From the NCBI GenBank assembly GCA_046861645.1, contig JBHHUM010000041.1, positions 1-17,640 of the forward strand: 17,640 nucleotides of DNA. Direction: 5' to 3'. Positions 1-9,334 of the stretch are shown here, in pieces. The DNA is from Fidelibacterota bacterium (GTDB lineage Bacteria; Fidelibacterota; Marinisomatia; Marinisomatales; UBA2128). Made by a program: the position numbers and the translations under genes. Within the stretch, counting starts at the first letter, position 1, and each line of letters begins with the position of its first letter. The notes below the pieces were generated by a model. The model was not told the origin of the DNA. It saw only the letters and a program-made list of their open reading frames with translations, and made no database searches.

Positions 1-3000
1 ATTAAAATCGCCTTCCGGCAGGTCTTACCGATAGAGGATATCTCGACCACTGTCACCCGGAAAGGAGCAGTAACGATTGAGCATCTGGTAGGGTCCACAG
101 TGTCATTGTTTGTACAGGCCTTTGCTGAAGAGACTTCCAAGCTCCTGGTCATCGCTCCCGATGAAGCGGTAGCCAAGCTCATGCTGTCGGACTTGGAATC
201 TCTGGGAGCCCAGGGGGCGCTCTTCTTCCCGGCATTGCGGCTCGATCCCGATGATCCCGAGCGGGTGGTGGACACGGCTCTCTTAGTGCAGAGATCTGAG
301 GTTCTAGATAGACTCAGCCGGGCTCGCCGTTTTATTCTGGTAACCAGTGCCAACGCCGCAATCGAGAAAGTAGCTTCAGCAGATATGTTTCGTGACAGTG
401 TAGTGGACGTCCGGAAAGGTGACCACTTGGAACCGCACGGAGTGAAAAAGCAGCTGGTCCAGCAGGGATACGACCTGGTCGGTTTTGTGGATGAGCCGGG
501 AGAGGTAGCTGTCCGTGGTGGTATCGTGGATGTATATTCCTATTCAGGTCTTTTACCGGTGCGGTTGGAATTCTTCGGCGATGTGGTGGAATCCATCAGG
601 GAGTTTGATCCGGGCACACAGCGGTCTGTAGAGACAATTGATGAAGTTCGCATTGTACCCGATGCCGGCGAGATTCCTGCAGGGCGTATGTCTTCACTGC
701 TGGAACATCTATCGGAAGATTCGACGGTGATTCTCCAGCAGCCGGAGATGGTGCTGGCTGCTGTGGAGGAACGAGACCGCTCCGCTGAACGGGCGGAGGA
801 AGTGCTTCTTTCGGCTGATGAGTTTGTACAGCAAGTGGAGGAAAGACCACGGGTTCATCTTGGCCGGACAGAGCGTCTTAAGTCGGATGCAACTTATCCA
901 CTTGATGCCCGTCCACAACCAGACTTTAATTCCTCCATCAAGCTGCTCAGGCAAGACCTCCGCCGGCTCTCCCGTGATGGTATTGAAACAGTCATCTTAT
1001 GCGACAGTGATAACCAGAAAGCACGCTTCGAAGAACTGCTCGGTATGCCCACATCGAGTCTCAAGTACAGTCTGATTGTAGAGAGTCTTTACTCCGGCTT
1101 TATCCTTCCCGGGCAAAGGGTGGCAGTTTATACCGATCACCAGATTTTCAATCGCTACTTCCGGGCAAAGCGGAGACGCAAACGCTACCACCGGGGGCTC
1201 TCTTTCAAGGAAATGCGCGATCTTCATCGTGGCGACTTGGTCGTGCATGACGATTTTGGTATCGGAAGGTTTAAAGGTTTCGAAACCATCCATGTTGAAG
1301 GGGCTCTCCATGAAGTGGTAGTGGTAGAATATCGGGATAACGCACGGCTGAACGTCCATGTAGGAGCAGTACACAAGGTGCACAAGTACTCCGGGCGTGA
1401 GGGATCGGAAGCACAGATTTCCCGACTTGGTTCCGGCGAATGGGCACGGAAAAAGGCTCGCACCAAAAAGCGCCTGAAGGACATCACTGATGGACTTATT
1501 AAGCTGTACGCGAAACGCCGGATGCAGAAAGCTCAAACCAGTGCGCCAGATGGGCATTGGCAGACAGAAATGGAAGCCCGCTTCGAGTTTGAGGAGACGC
1601 CGGATCAGATGACTGCTATCAGGGAAGTGAAGCGAGACATGGAGAAACGCCTTGCCATGGATCGTCTTATATGCGGTGATGTGGGCTTTGGCAAGACGGA
1701 GGTGGCGGTTCGGGCGGCCTTTAAGACTGTCATGAGTGGACGGCAGGTGGCGGTGATTGCTCCCACGACCATTCTGGTAGACCAGCACCTACGCACTTTC
1801 AGACGGCGGATGCAGGACTTCCCTATACTAATCGAGAGCCTCTCCCGCTTCCGGAGTGCCGCTGAGCAAAAGAAGGTGGTGGCTGACATTGCAGCCGGCA
1901 AAGTTGACATTGCCATAGGAACACATCGGCTGGTGTCTAAGGATGTTCAGTTTAAGGATCTGGGACTCCTGGTGATTGATGAAGAGCAGCGATTTGGTGT
2001 CACGGTGAAAGAGAAGCTTAAGGAGCTGCGGGCTACGGTGGATGTACTAACTCTGACAGCCACCCCCATCCCGCGGACGCTGCAGTTTTCCCTTATGGGT
2101 GTTCGGGACCTGAGTATCATCCAGACCCCACCCTATAACCGCCAACCCATTGCTACCGAAATCCACGTCTATAATCCACAAATTATCCGTCGGGCTGTCG
2201 AACAGGAACTGGCTCGGAAGGGACAGGTGTTCTTTATTCATAACCGCGTACAGGACATAGAGGATATAGCTGCTAAAGTTCAGGCCGAAGTGCCATCAGC
2301 ACGTATAAGGGTAGCTCACGGACAGATGAAACCCGCCCCACTGCAGAAAATTGTAGAAGATTTCTACCACGGCAGATTCGATATTCTCGTTTCTACCAAT
2401 ATCGTTGAGAATGGGATTGATATCCCCAATGCCAACACAATGATTATCAACCGGGCTGACCGTTTCGGACTGGCCGAGTTGCACCAGTTACGGGGTCGTG
2501 TGGGGCGCTCGGTAAGGAAAGGTTACTGCATGTTGTTGACGCCACCATTAAACAGGATAACGCGGGAAGCCCGTAAACGCCTCATGGCTTTGGAAGAGTT
2601 CTCGGACCTGGGCTCGGGTTTCAGCATAGCTATGCGGGATCTAGATATCCGCGGCGCCGGAAATATCCTGGGTGCTGAACAGAGCGGCTACATTAACGAC
2701 CTTGGCTACGAGATGTACATGCGTATTCTGGATGATGCCATACGGGAATTGAAAGAGGATAAAGGTGTAGCTTTCGAAGAAGTTCCTCGCCAACCGGAGA
2801 TCGAAACCAGTGTGGATGTGGACGTCCCGGCTCTGCTTGAAGAGCACTATGTGGAGGACAGCATAGAGCGGTTCAATCTCTACCGGCGGCTGTCTCAGGC
2901 GGTGACGGATGATGAGATTGATGAATGGGAACAGGAGTTGCGGGATCGCTTCGGTTCGCCTCCGGAGAGTGCACTCAATCTTGCTTCAGCGGCACGGTTG

Positions 3001-3291
3001 AAGCTCTGCGCTTCGTATGCCGGGCTGGTGAATGTCACTGTCAAAGGAGGTAAAATGGTTCTCCATGGACCGGACAGGGATTCGAAAGCGGGGAAGGAGT
3101 TCTATGAAGGGGGCGGTTTTGATGAACTGATAGCCAAACTTGAAGCGGTAGCCGGCGGACAGTTCAGGGTTGTGAAGGAAAGGAATAGAGTCAAGTTTGT
3201 GATCTCGGGACTGGAAGGCTTGAGTAATGCCTTGGAAAAATTACAGGTTTTGAGTAAAGATGATCCTATCCACGAACAGATAGTGCAATAA
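1..3291 (+). CDS. mfd: Transcription-repair coupling factor (5'-truncated by the window edge)
   Basis: UvrB-like segment ([15 protein letters not shown]...[19 protein letters not shown]), CarD/RID domain, Walker [35 protein letters not shown] motif [17 protein letters not shown] and C-terminal TRCF domain. The frame is open from base 1 (IKIAFRQV...[11 protein letters not shown]), so the true start probably lies upstream of the GTG at 100. Confidence 0.98.
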   Translation: MKIAFRQVLPIEDISTTVTRKGAVTIEHLVGSTVSLFVQAFAEETSKLLVIAPDEAVAKLMLSDLESLGAQGALFFPALRLDPDDPERVVDTALLVQRSEVLDRLSRARRFILVTSANAAIEKVASADMFRDSVVDVRKGDHLEPHGVKKQLVQQGYDLVGFVDEPGEVAVRGGIVDVYSYSGLLPVRLEFFGDVVESIREFDPGTQRSVETIDEVRIVPDAGEIPAGRMSSLLEHLSEDSTVILQQPEMVLAAVEERDRSAERAEEVLLSADEFVQQVEERPRVHLGRTERLKSDATYPLDARPQPDFNSSIKLLRQDLRRLSRDGIETVILCDSDNQKARFEELLGMPTSSLKYSLIVESLYSGFILPGQRVAVYTDHQIFNRYFRAKRRRKRYHRGLSFKEMRDLHRGDLVVHDDFGIGRFKGFETIHVEGALHEVVVVEYRDNARLNVHVGAVHKVHKYSGREGSEAQISRLGSGEWARKKARTKKRLKDITDGLIKLYAKRRMQKAQTSAPDGHWQTEMEARFEFEETPDQMTAIREVKRDMEKRLAMDRLICGDVGFGKTEVAVRAAFKTVMSGRQVAVIAPTTILVDQHLRTFRRRMQDFPILIESLSRFRSAAEQKKVVADIAAGKVDIAIGTHRLVSKDVQFKDLGLLVIDEEQRFGVTVKEKLKELRATVDVLTLTATPIPRTLQFSLMGVRDLSIIQTPPYNRQPIATEIHVYNPQIIRRAVEQELARKGQVFFIHNRVQDIEDIAAKVQAEVPSARIRVAHGQMKPAPLQKIVEDFYHGRFDILVSTNIVENGIDIPNANTMIINRADRFGLAELHQLRGRVGRSVRKGYCMLLTPPLNRITREARKRLMALEEFSDLGSGFSIAMRDLDIRGAGNILGAEQSGYINDLGYEMYMRILDDAIRELKEDKGVAFEEVPRQPEIETSVDVDVPALLEEHYVEDSIERFNLYRRLSQAVTDDEIDEWEQELRDRFGSPPESALNLASAARLKLCASYAGLVNVTVKGGKMVLHGPDRDSKAGKEFYEGGGFDELIAKLEAVAGGQFRVVKERNRVKFVISGLEGLSNALEKLQVLSKDDPIHEQIVQ

Positions 3292-3904
3292 GCCACTGGG
3301 CAATAAAATAAGTGGAGAGGATTACGGCTTGAGCCGCCCGGAATGGCTTTATAAATCTGTTGACTGCCAACATTCCGTCTGAAATTAGAAACAGTATCGC
3401 TCCCAACAAGCCAGAAAGCGCACCAGGACTGCTCACTTGAATGTACCGCTCTGCCGATGAGCCGACCATTACCAGAAGTATAACAGCATATACAATAACG
3501 GGGACTCTCACGGGTCCGAGATGTTTCCATGTGGCGCCAGTGAATAAAATGGCGGATGTAGAAAGAATGACGATTAATAAAAGGGAAACATCACCGCTAA
3601 GATCCTCAGTGAAGGCTGTAATGTAGCAGATGTGGGTGATCAGGAAACTGAAGAGCCCGGGAAGGAACCACCGGTTTGGAAAGAGAAGAAAAGCGTCTCC
3701 AAACAGCGAGAATCCTAACCCAATTAGGATAAACTGCCGGTAGTGAGCAGAGACAGGGTGGGGAGCCAGCCATACAATGGCGAAGATGAGCAGCAGTGTC
3801 AGCGGTTTGAAGAAGTATCGGAGTTGTCTCAGTCTTGAGTATTCGGCAATGAGCAGCAGGAGAATAGAGAATAGGACAGAGATAGTTATGAGTACGAGAG
3901 TCAA
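3266..3904 (-). CDS. YhhN / lysoplasmalogenase (TMEM86) family integral membrane protein
   Basis: Multi-TM protein with family motifs [65 protein letters not shown] start. Overlaps the mfd 3' end convergently by 26 bp. Confidence 0.9.
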   Translation of the reverse strand: MTLVLITISVLFSILLLLIAEYSRLRQLRYFFKPLTLLLIFAIVWLAPHPVSAHYRQFILIGLGFSLFGDAFLLFPNRWFLPGLFSFLITHICYITAFTEDLSGDVSLLLIVILSTSAILFTGATWKHLGPVRVPVIVYAVILLVMVGSSAERYIQVSSPGALSGLLGAILFLISDGMLAVNRFIKPFRAAQAVILSTYFIAQWLIALSVRG

Positions 3905-3988
3905 TGTGTCAGGATTTACCGAATTCGTTCCTGCTGAATGCTAACGACACCATTTTACACTAACATTGAATAAATCCAATTGATGTGG

Positions 3989-4306
3989 TTACAATTCTTG
4001 GACCATAGTTCCCCACCCGTCGTATGATCCCCCGAGTTCTTCGGCGATAGTATTAAACCATTTTCTCAGGTCTGCCAGTTCAGCATGTTCAAGCAGCATT
4101 GTTTTATATGCATTGCATGACCAGTTGTTGTAACCTTCCAGCGGGGGATGTACCTCTACGTCGAAACCTTCTTTTTTCAGAACACCAGCCGCTAGCTGAG
4201 CGGTTTCTTCTGTAGGGAAATAGAAAAAGAAGTCAATGTCGTGAGGCTTGTCACTGTGTGACTCCATCTGATACAGATGGTCCAGGACTTTTTTGTCTAT
4301 ATCCAT
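3989..4306 (-). CDS. RraB-family (regulator of ribonuclease activity B-like) protein
   Basis: 105 aa, acidic; H.IDFFFYF, A.L.K.GF.V and C-terminal IAEELGGSYDGWGT match the RraB-domain signature (YDGWGT). Confidence 0.8.
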   Translation of the reverse strand: MDIDKKVLDHLYQMESHSDKPHDIDFFFYFPTEETAQLAAGVLKKEGFDVEVHPPLEGYNNWSCNAYKTMLLEHAELADLRKWFNTIAEELGGSYDGWGTMVQEL

Positions 4307-4349
4307 TTTTTTCTTAAGTGAATTAAGTCCTTAACATTAACTACAGTTA

Positions 4350-5615
4350 TTAATTCTTTTCAAGATAAAGGTCTGTCTCCCCTTCAGTTTTGGCTACGAT
4401 GACTGTACCGACACTATCGCTGGCTACATTTACCATAGTACGAAACATATCCAGTGGACGGTCCACCCCTAACATAGTACCGACAATAAGGGCTGCACCA
4501 GCATTATCGCCGAGTCCCACAGCATTGAGGACTACGAAAATCATGACCAAGCCTGCTGAGGGGATGGCTGCGGCTCCCACGGAGGCTAGAAAAGCGGTAA
4601 TGACAATCGTAGCTTGCTGAGCAAGGGAGAGATCAAAACCTAATGCCTGCGCAATGAAAATCACACCAGCACATTCGTAGAGAGCTGTGCCATCCATGTT
4701 TATGGTGGCTCCTAAAGGGAGTACAAAGCTGGTGACGCGATTAGAGACACCGATGTTATTTTCCACACAATCCATGGTCACCGGGAGAGTTGCCCCAGAG
4801 GAGCTGGTGGAGAATGCTGTAGCCAGGGCAGAAGCCATGGCTCGATAATGATCGAGGGGGTTCATTTTTGTAAAGAGCATGAACAAGAGGGGCAAGACAA
4901 CCAACAGGTGAATTGTCAATCCGGAAGTGATAGTAAACATGTAGAGTCCCACAGCCTTGAAAAGTCCCACTCCGGCGGTTGCTACAGCTTTTGTGATAAG
5001 ACCGAATACTCCTATAGGAGCTAGCTGAATTATGCCGTGAGTGAGTTTCATCATGGCGTGAAAAGCGTAGTCAAAAAGGTTGAGAAGAAATTTGTGTGGT
5101 TTCCCTTTCAATTTGGTAATGGCAAACCCGAAGAGGATGGAGAAGAATATCAGTGCCAACACATCTCCTTCAGCAGCGGCTTTGAAGGGATTGGTAGGAA
5201 TCATGCGAATGAAAATATCGGTCACGGAGTCTGGTTGTTGGAGTTGGGAGGGATCGAACTTCTCCACATATCCGGGAATCTCTACGTCCACTCCGGGGCG
5301 AATCAGGTTAGTAAGAGAGAGTCCGATGAGGATGGCAATAATGGAACTCAGAAAATAGTACCCAAATGTTTTTGACCCTAAGCGCCCCAGACTCTTGCTG
5401 TCGCCAAGACCTGCCACACCTGTGGTTATGGATGTCAATATAAGAGGGACGATAATCATTTTCAGGAGGCGCATGAAAATTGTCCCTAAAGAGGCTATTA
5501 GATCGAACAGCCAGGATTCCTCTAACTGAGGACCTTGGCTCTGGAAGATGAGTCCAACACCGAAGCCGATGATCATAGCGATAAAGATTCGCCAGTGAAG
5601 TTTTAGTTTTTTCAT
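4350..5615 (-). CDS. Dicarboxylate/amino acid:cation (DAACS) symporter, probably Na+:aspartate/glutamate (GltP/GltT/GltPh-like)
   Basis: RLLKMIIVPLI, HP1 AFSTSSSGATLP, TM7 GATINMDGTALY (NMDG) and TM8 DRPLDMFRTMVNVASD retain the equivalents of GltPh D394/R397/T398/N401/D405 (acidic substrate and Na+ site). Confidence 0.95.
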   Translation of the reverse strand: MKKLKLHWRIFIAMIIGFGVGLIFQSQGPQLEESWLFDLIASLGTIFMRLLKMIIVPLILTSITTGVAGLGDSKSLGRLGSKTFGYYFLSSIIAILIGLSLTNLIRPGVDVEIPGYVEKFDPSQLQQPDSVTDIFIRMIPTNPFKAAAEGDVLALIFFSILFGFAITKLKGKPHKFLLNLFDYAFHAMMKLTHGIIQLAPIGVFGLITKAVATAGVGLFKAVGLYMFTITSGLTIHLLVVLPLLFMLFTKMNPLDHYRAMASALATAFSTSSSGATLPVTMDCVENNIGVSNRVTSFVLPLGATINMDGTALYECAGVIFIAQALGFDLSLAQQATIVITAFLASVGAAAIPSAGLVMIFVVLNAVGLGDNAGAALIVGTMLGVDRPLDMFRTMVNVASDSVGTVIVAKTEGETDLYLEKN

Positions 5616-5949
5616 AGTGCGGCGAATTTATACTTAACCTCCCCGCAATCCCAATAAAAGTTAGATTGTTCTCTGGTAGGAGGTTCCTCTTTTAGAATTA
5701 TGGTGGGTTCATTGCAGATGTTACCTGACAAGACACACCACCCCTGGTAAAATGGGAGCGGTATGTTTAATTGCAATCTGGTTTAGTTTTTACCAGAGGA
5801 AGGCAGTAAATCGTACCAATCTTTATTTAGCTGTCACCCATCAATTTGGTGGCAATTTTTGCGAGAATGAGGCACTGATTAGCTTGATTGTCAAGAGAAG
5901 GTTGAGGAAATCATTTTGCCGCCATATCAAGTTCTGTATCCAGCCATAC

Positions 5950-6792
5950 TTAAGCCACGGAATAGAAAAAGCCATTACCAACCTTCCGCTTCTTCAATGA
6001 TGATTGTTCCTGTAATTGACGTAAAATTTCCCGGGTAGCCTCGGTGGGAAGATCAAAGACTGCAGCGATCTCTTTTTCCGTGACGTTATCATATTTTCGA
6101 ATAAAGTCGTGTATGGCCTGTTGACTTGGTTTTATTGGATGAACTGAAAGTGCACTACTTTCCAGACTTTCGAAAATGGCAACAAAGTCATCAAATTTAT
6201 GATAGCCATGAAGGATTGATTCTTGACCCTCATCATTACGAATGAGGAACGTAGGGAATCCGGTGATACCCCTGGTGCGGCATTCGGACAAATCCTGAAG
6301 AAATGCTTTCCAAGCATTGCCGTTTTTAATGTCTGCCAGGAAACGTTGGGAATCGAGGCCAACTTCCTCTGCCAGTTCCTGTTGCACTATAAGTTGGTGA
6401 ATAGGTTTTCGTTCAGCAGCAGCTCCTTCACGCAAACGACGTAGAAATTTGTGTGCAGTTCCCTCGTCCTGTAATTGCGCGGCTTTGTAGGACATACAGG
6501 CTGGGTAGGTAGATCGAAAGTCATTATCTAATTCCAGGAAGATACGTTCATCAACCGGCATTCCATGACGATGAGAGGCCTCTTTCCAGTGGTCGGCTAC
6601 CTGTTGACGCCAGTTTGCTCCTCCGATGCGGTTCGTGGGGTCGTAAAATTGGTCCATATCCGCTACCAGGCCACCCATGATGTACGATATTTGTACTTGC
6701 TTCCCATAGTACATCTGGATTTTTCTGACAATAGGTTCGAACCCCCAGCACCAGGTGCAGTAGGGATCTGTGAATTCAATAAGAGCAAGCAT
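5950..6792 (-). CDS. DsbA-family thioredoxin-fold protein with C-terminal winged helix (YjbH/SpxH-like)
   Basis: FTDPYCTWCWGFEP (CxxC), W..AS.RHGM..D, YPAC.SYKAAQLQ, FLRRLRE, cis-Pro motif GITGFPTF, and a C-terminal V.EKEIA.VFDL...L..L...GFFY helix-turn-helix as in YjbH. No signal peptide. Confidence 0.85.
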   Translation of the reverse strand: MLALIEFTDPYCTWCWGFEPIVRKIQMYYGKQVQISYIMGGLVADMDQFYDPTNRIGGANWRQQVADHWKEASHRHGMPVDERIFLELDNDFRSTYPACMSYKAAQLQDEGTAHKFLRRLREGAAAERKPIHQLIVQQELAEEVGLDSQRFLADIKNGNAWKAFLQDLSECRTRGITGFPTFLIRNDEGQESILHGYHKFDDFVAIFESLESSALSVHPIKPSQQAIHDFIRKYDNVTEKEIAAVFDLPTEATREILRQLQEQSSLKKRKVGNGFFYSVA

Positions 6793-6859
6793 TACGAGAA
6801 GGTACTCTTTTGTGGTCTTCCCGGGCGAATAAATGGTAAGAGGGAATAACCCCTGTGTG

Positions 6860-7273
6860 TCAGATCCCGAATAGGAGACCGTCTAAAGCAATTTTACCCG
6901 CCCCGGTGAGCAGGAGAGTAATGCAGCCGAACAAAAGTACAAAGTCGAACTCCCACCCAGTATTGTCTTGCATAAAAAACTTCACTTTCATCATCTTTAT
7001 TTTAGTATTGATGGCGCCCAACATGATGACTCCTAAGCCCACTGCTGCTACTTGAGTAAGGAAGCCAGTAATGAGTGCGAGCCCTCCCAAGGGTTCCACA
7101 ATGGAGAGGAACTTCATCAAACTGAGCATTTGTGCGGGCATTTGCTCTGAAGGTTCCATTTTCCACATGGACCATTTCATTTTACCGTGATATATGAAGA
7201 TTATACCAATACTAAGACGCAAAATGAAGAGTCCCCAATCGCCGTATTCTTGTAAACTGGTTAAGAATCCCAT
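6860..7273 (-). CDS. DoxX family membrane protein (CatD/MhqP-like), Met-rich
   Basis: LRLSIGIIFIYHG..K, E.LGGLALITGFLT..AA, GWEF, LLLTGAGKIALD. Strong SD AAAGGAGG upstream. Confidence 0.92.
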   Translation of the reverse strand: MGFLTSLQEYGDWGLFILRLSIGIIFIYHGKMKWSMWKMEPSEQMPAQMLSLMKFLSIVEPLGGLALITGFLTQVAAVGLGVIMLGAINTKIKMMKVKFFMQDNTGWEFDFVLLFGCITLLLTGAGKIALDGLLFGI

Positions 7274-7378
7274 ATCATCCTCCTTTCAATGGTTGGCATT
7301 ATGTTGTGCCTAACTTTATCAATGTGAAAAAACTTCAATGATGACACGATCAGAGTTTGATATCCTTTTGAGGAAGAG

Positions 7379-7768
7379 TTATTCTTTCTCGATACCGATC
7401 GGTCCCGTTCCGAAATAGTAGATTATCAAGGCACCACCCAACATGGAGAGATTCTTCAGAAACATGACCATTTGCATTTGTGACTGCATGGGGTCTTCAA
7501 TGCTCCAGAAGGCGTGCATGATGAATGTGACCGGGATGAGAAAAAGAATCAGAAGCAAGGCTCCTATCTTTACTTTGTAGCCAAGTATGACACTTAAGCC
7601 ACCTAATATTATCATAGCCCCGCTGACAATCACGGCTACGGTTGGGGCTGGGATCCCCATGGAAGCTGCATAGGGGCTCATCATATTGGAGTTCATTATA
7701 TGTCCCATTCCTAACATGATGAATGCTGAAGAGAACAGGATTCTGCCAGCTAAAGGTATGTATTTCAT
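7379..7768 (-). CDS. DoxX family membrane protein (second subtype), Met-rich
   Basis: GRILFS..FI..G..H, LGGLSVILGYK...GA.LL, T..MH.FW, FLKNLSMLGGAL, G.GP. SD AAAGGAG upstream. Confidence 0.92.
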   Translation of the reverse strand: MKYIPLAGRILFSSAFIMLGMGHIMNSNMMSPYAASMGIPAPTVAVIVSGAMIILGGLSVILGYKVKIGALLLILFLIPVTFIMHAFWSIEDPMQSQMQMVMFLKNLSMLGGALIIYYFGTGPIGIEKE

Positions 7769-7852
7769 CTTGGTCTCCTTTCTTACTTTATTATTAGGAA
7801 AGCTGACAGGAGTAGATTGTTTACCTGTCTAATGGAAAGTTTTCTTTTCATA

Positions 7853-8440
7853 TTAGTCCTGCCTGATAAATTCAGTAACAATAGTGATGGTTACTCTATC
7901 TCCAGCGATGAGACCACCCGTATCTAATGCTTTGTTCCAGTGTAATCCAAAATCAAACCGGTTAACGGTTGCAGTAGCTTCCCAGCCCATATGCTGTGTC
8001 CCGAAAGCTGTGATGGTGCCACCGTGCTTAGCTTCAAAGACCACCGCTTTAGTTATGCCCCGGATAGTCAAATCCCCGGTGATGCTGTAGAGATTATCGC
8101 CGGTCTTTTCTACTTTTGTGCTTTTAAAGGTCATTTCTGGATATTCATCAACGAGGAAGAAATCCCCTGACTTCAGATGAGCATCCCTCCGCTCGATCCC
8201 GGTGTTGATGCTGTTCACCTGAACGTTACCTTCGATTTGTGCAGTGAGGAAGTCGTCGTCTGTGATAACCACTGTTCCCGAGAATTCCTCGAATTTTCCG
8301 GTAACGGTAGAGATCACCATGTGTGGAACCGTAAACTGAACACTGGTGTGTGCCGGATCTGTTACCCAGGTATGGGTTTGGGCCATAAGTAGAGGGGCAA
8401 TTAGAAAACTTAAAATGTACTTAATAAGCGTTTTACTCAT
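7853..8440 (-). CDS. yceI: YceI family periplasmic polyisoprenoid/quinone-binding protein
   Basis: Signal peptide, then W..DPAHTSVQF.V.HM.ISTV.GKF, SINTG..RRDAHLKS.DFF....YP.MTFKST, GDLTIRGITK.V, NRFDFGL.WN. SD CAGGAG. Confidence 0.95.
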   Translation of the reverse strand: MSKTLIKYILSFLIAPLLMAQTHTWVTDPAHTSVQFTVPHMVISTVTGKFEEFSGTVVITDDDFLTAQIEGNVQVNSINTGIERRDAHLKSGDFFLVDEYPEMTFKSTKVEKTGDNLYSITGDLTIRGITKAVVFEAKHGGTITAFGTQHMGWEATATVNRFDFGLHWNKALDTGGLIAGDRVTITIVTEFIRQD

Positions 8441-8494
8441 TTGCAGTACTCCTGTTTCAAAACGGAAACAATTCGAAACTCAATGACTACACAA

Positions 8495-9334
8495 TCAGGT
8501 TCTTCCTACAATGGTGGAGTAATCGTAAGAAAAATCCATTTTAGATTCTGTACTAATTTCAAAGGCGACGGTGGCCATCGTGGCCCCGGTGAACATCCTC
8601 TCATAACATACTAATTTTCCCAGAGCAGAGTTGCCAACAAGGCCCCTCAAAGTAGCGAGGGGGCCCCAGCCTCCTTCAGGCGCTGCTGTGTGAAAGAGAG
8701 CTTTATCAAAAGTATCCAGAGCGTTCCAAGCGCCGGTCAGCATGATGTTGATAACTTCGTGGTCAAACCGCTCACCCTCCGGGAAAGGTTCATTTCTTCC
8801 CCAGGTAATTTTGTCCAAACGGTGGGTTAAGGCTGCCGAGATGATAATACCGATGCTGAGGGAAGATTGCTCAGCGGCCTCGCGAATAGCCTGTCCCCAA
8901 AGAACGTGTTGTTCTGGAGTGGAATTCGAAATAGACAGGGGAACAACCGGAATGTCAGCATCGGGTAATAACCAGAGCAAGGGAGTCCAGTGACCGTGAT
9001 CCATACCCCAGTGGGAGGTGGCCTGAGCGGTGAGACCTTTCCTGGTGGCATACGTAATGATCTCCTGGGCGAATTGGGGATCTCCGATACAGGGATAAGA
9101 GACATCATAAAGCTCTTTCGAAAAGCCATAATAGTCCTGAATGAAGCGAGGTTGAGTACGATTGTTAGCCAGAAAACCATTATGGCTGACCCAATGAGAA
9201 GATACCACCGCTACCAAATCCAGATTTTTAAAGGGTTCCGATAATTGCGTTAAAGCCCTTTGGCTCTCTGGATGTCCCTGGTCTTTTATAAGAAAGGGTG
9301 AATGACCAGAAAAGAGAATGAACTTAAGTCCCAT
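8495..9334 (-). CDS. Class III (LigB-superfamily) extradiol ring-cleavage dioxygenase, HPCD/DODA-like
   Basis: GHSP, VVSSHW, DYYGFSKELY.V.Y...GDP.FA, WGMDHGHWTPL..L.P.ADIPVVPLS, LTHRL, FD..V, APEGG..PL. Confidence 0.88.
   Translation of the reverse strand: MGLKFILFSGHSPFLIKDQGHPESQRALTQLSEPFKNLDLVAVVSSHWVSHNGFLANNRTQPRFIQDYYGFSKELYDVSYPCIGDPQFAQEIITYATRKGLTAQATSHWGMDHGHWTPLLWLLPDADIPVVPLSISNSTPEQHVLWGQAIREAAEQSSLSIGIIISAALTHRLDKITWGRNEPFPEGERFDHEVINIMLTGAWNALDTFDKALFHTAAPEGGWGPLATLRGLVGNSALGKLVCYERMFTGATMATVAFEISTESKMDFSYDYSTIVGRT

Noticed and set aside
596..3626. Antisense and alternate-frame ORFs within mfd and the yhhN-like gene (e.g. 997-1788, 3102-3530)
   Set aside because: Shadow ORFs of well-supported genes with no recognisable motifs. 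The same applies to those inside the symporter, dioxygenase, barrel and RND.
5752..6000. 82-aa plus-strand ORF in the spacer
   Set aside because: No clear RBS or motif, atypical composition, and it overlaps the YjbH-like gene end.
6837..6862. Selenocysteine read-through of the doxX TGA (short AGGG/CCCT hairpin downstream)
   Set aside because: The TGA falls at the normal DoxX C-terminus, there is no Cys-equivalent context, and the hairpin is too small for a SECIS.
7292..7314. GTTGGCA...TGCCTAAC hairpin as an integron attC site
   Set aside because: Too short, boxes in the wrong order, no integrase and no repetition between genes. The 9968-10057 repeat also fails the RYYYAAC/GTTRRRY consensus.
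7805..7829. GACAGG/CCTGTC stem between yceI and doxX as a terminator
   Set aside because: 6-bp stem with a 13-nt loop and no immediate U-tract; at most an mRNA-stability element.
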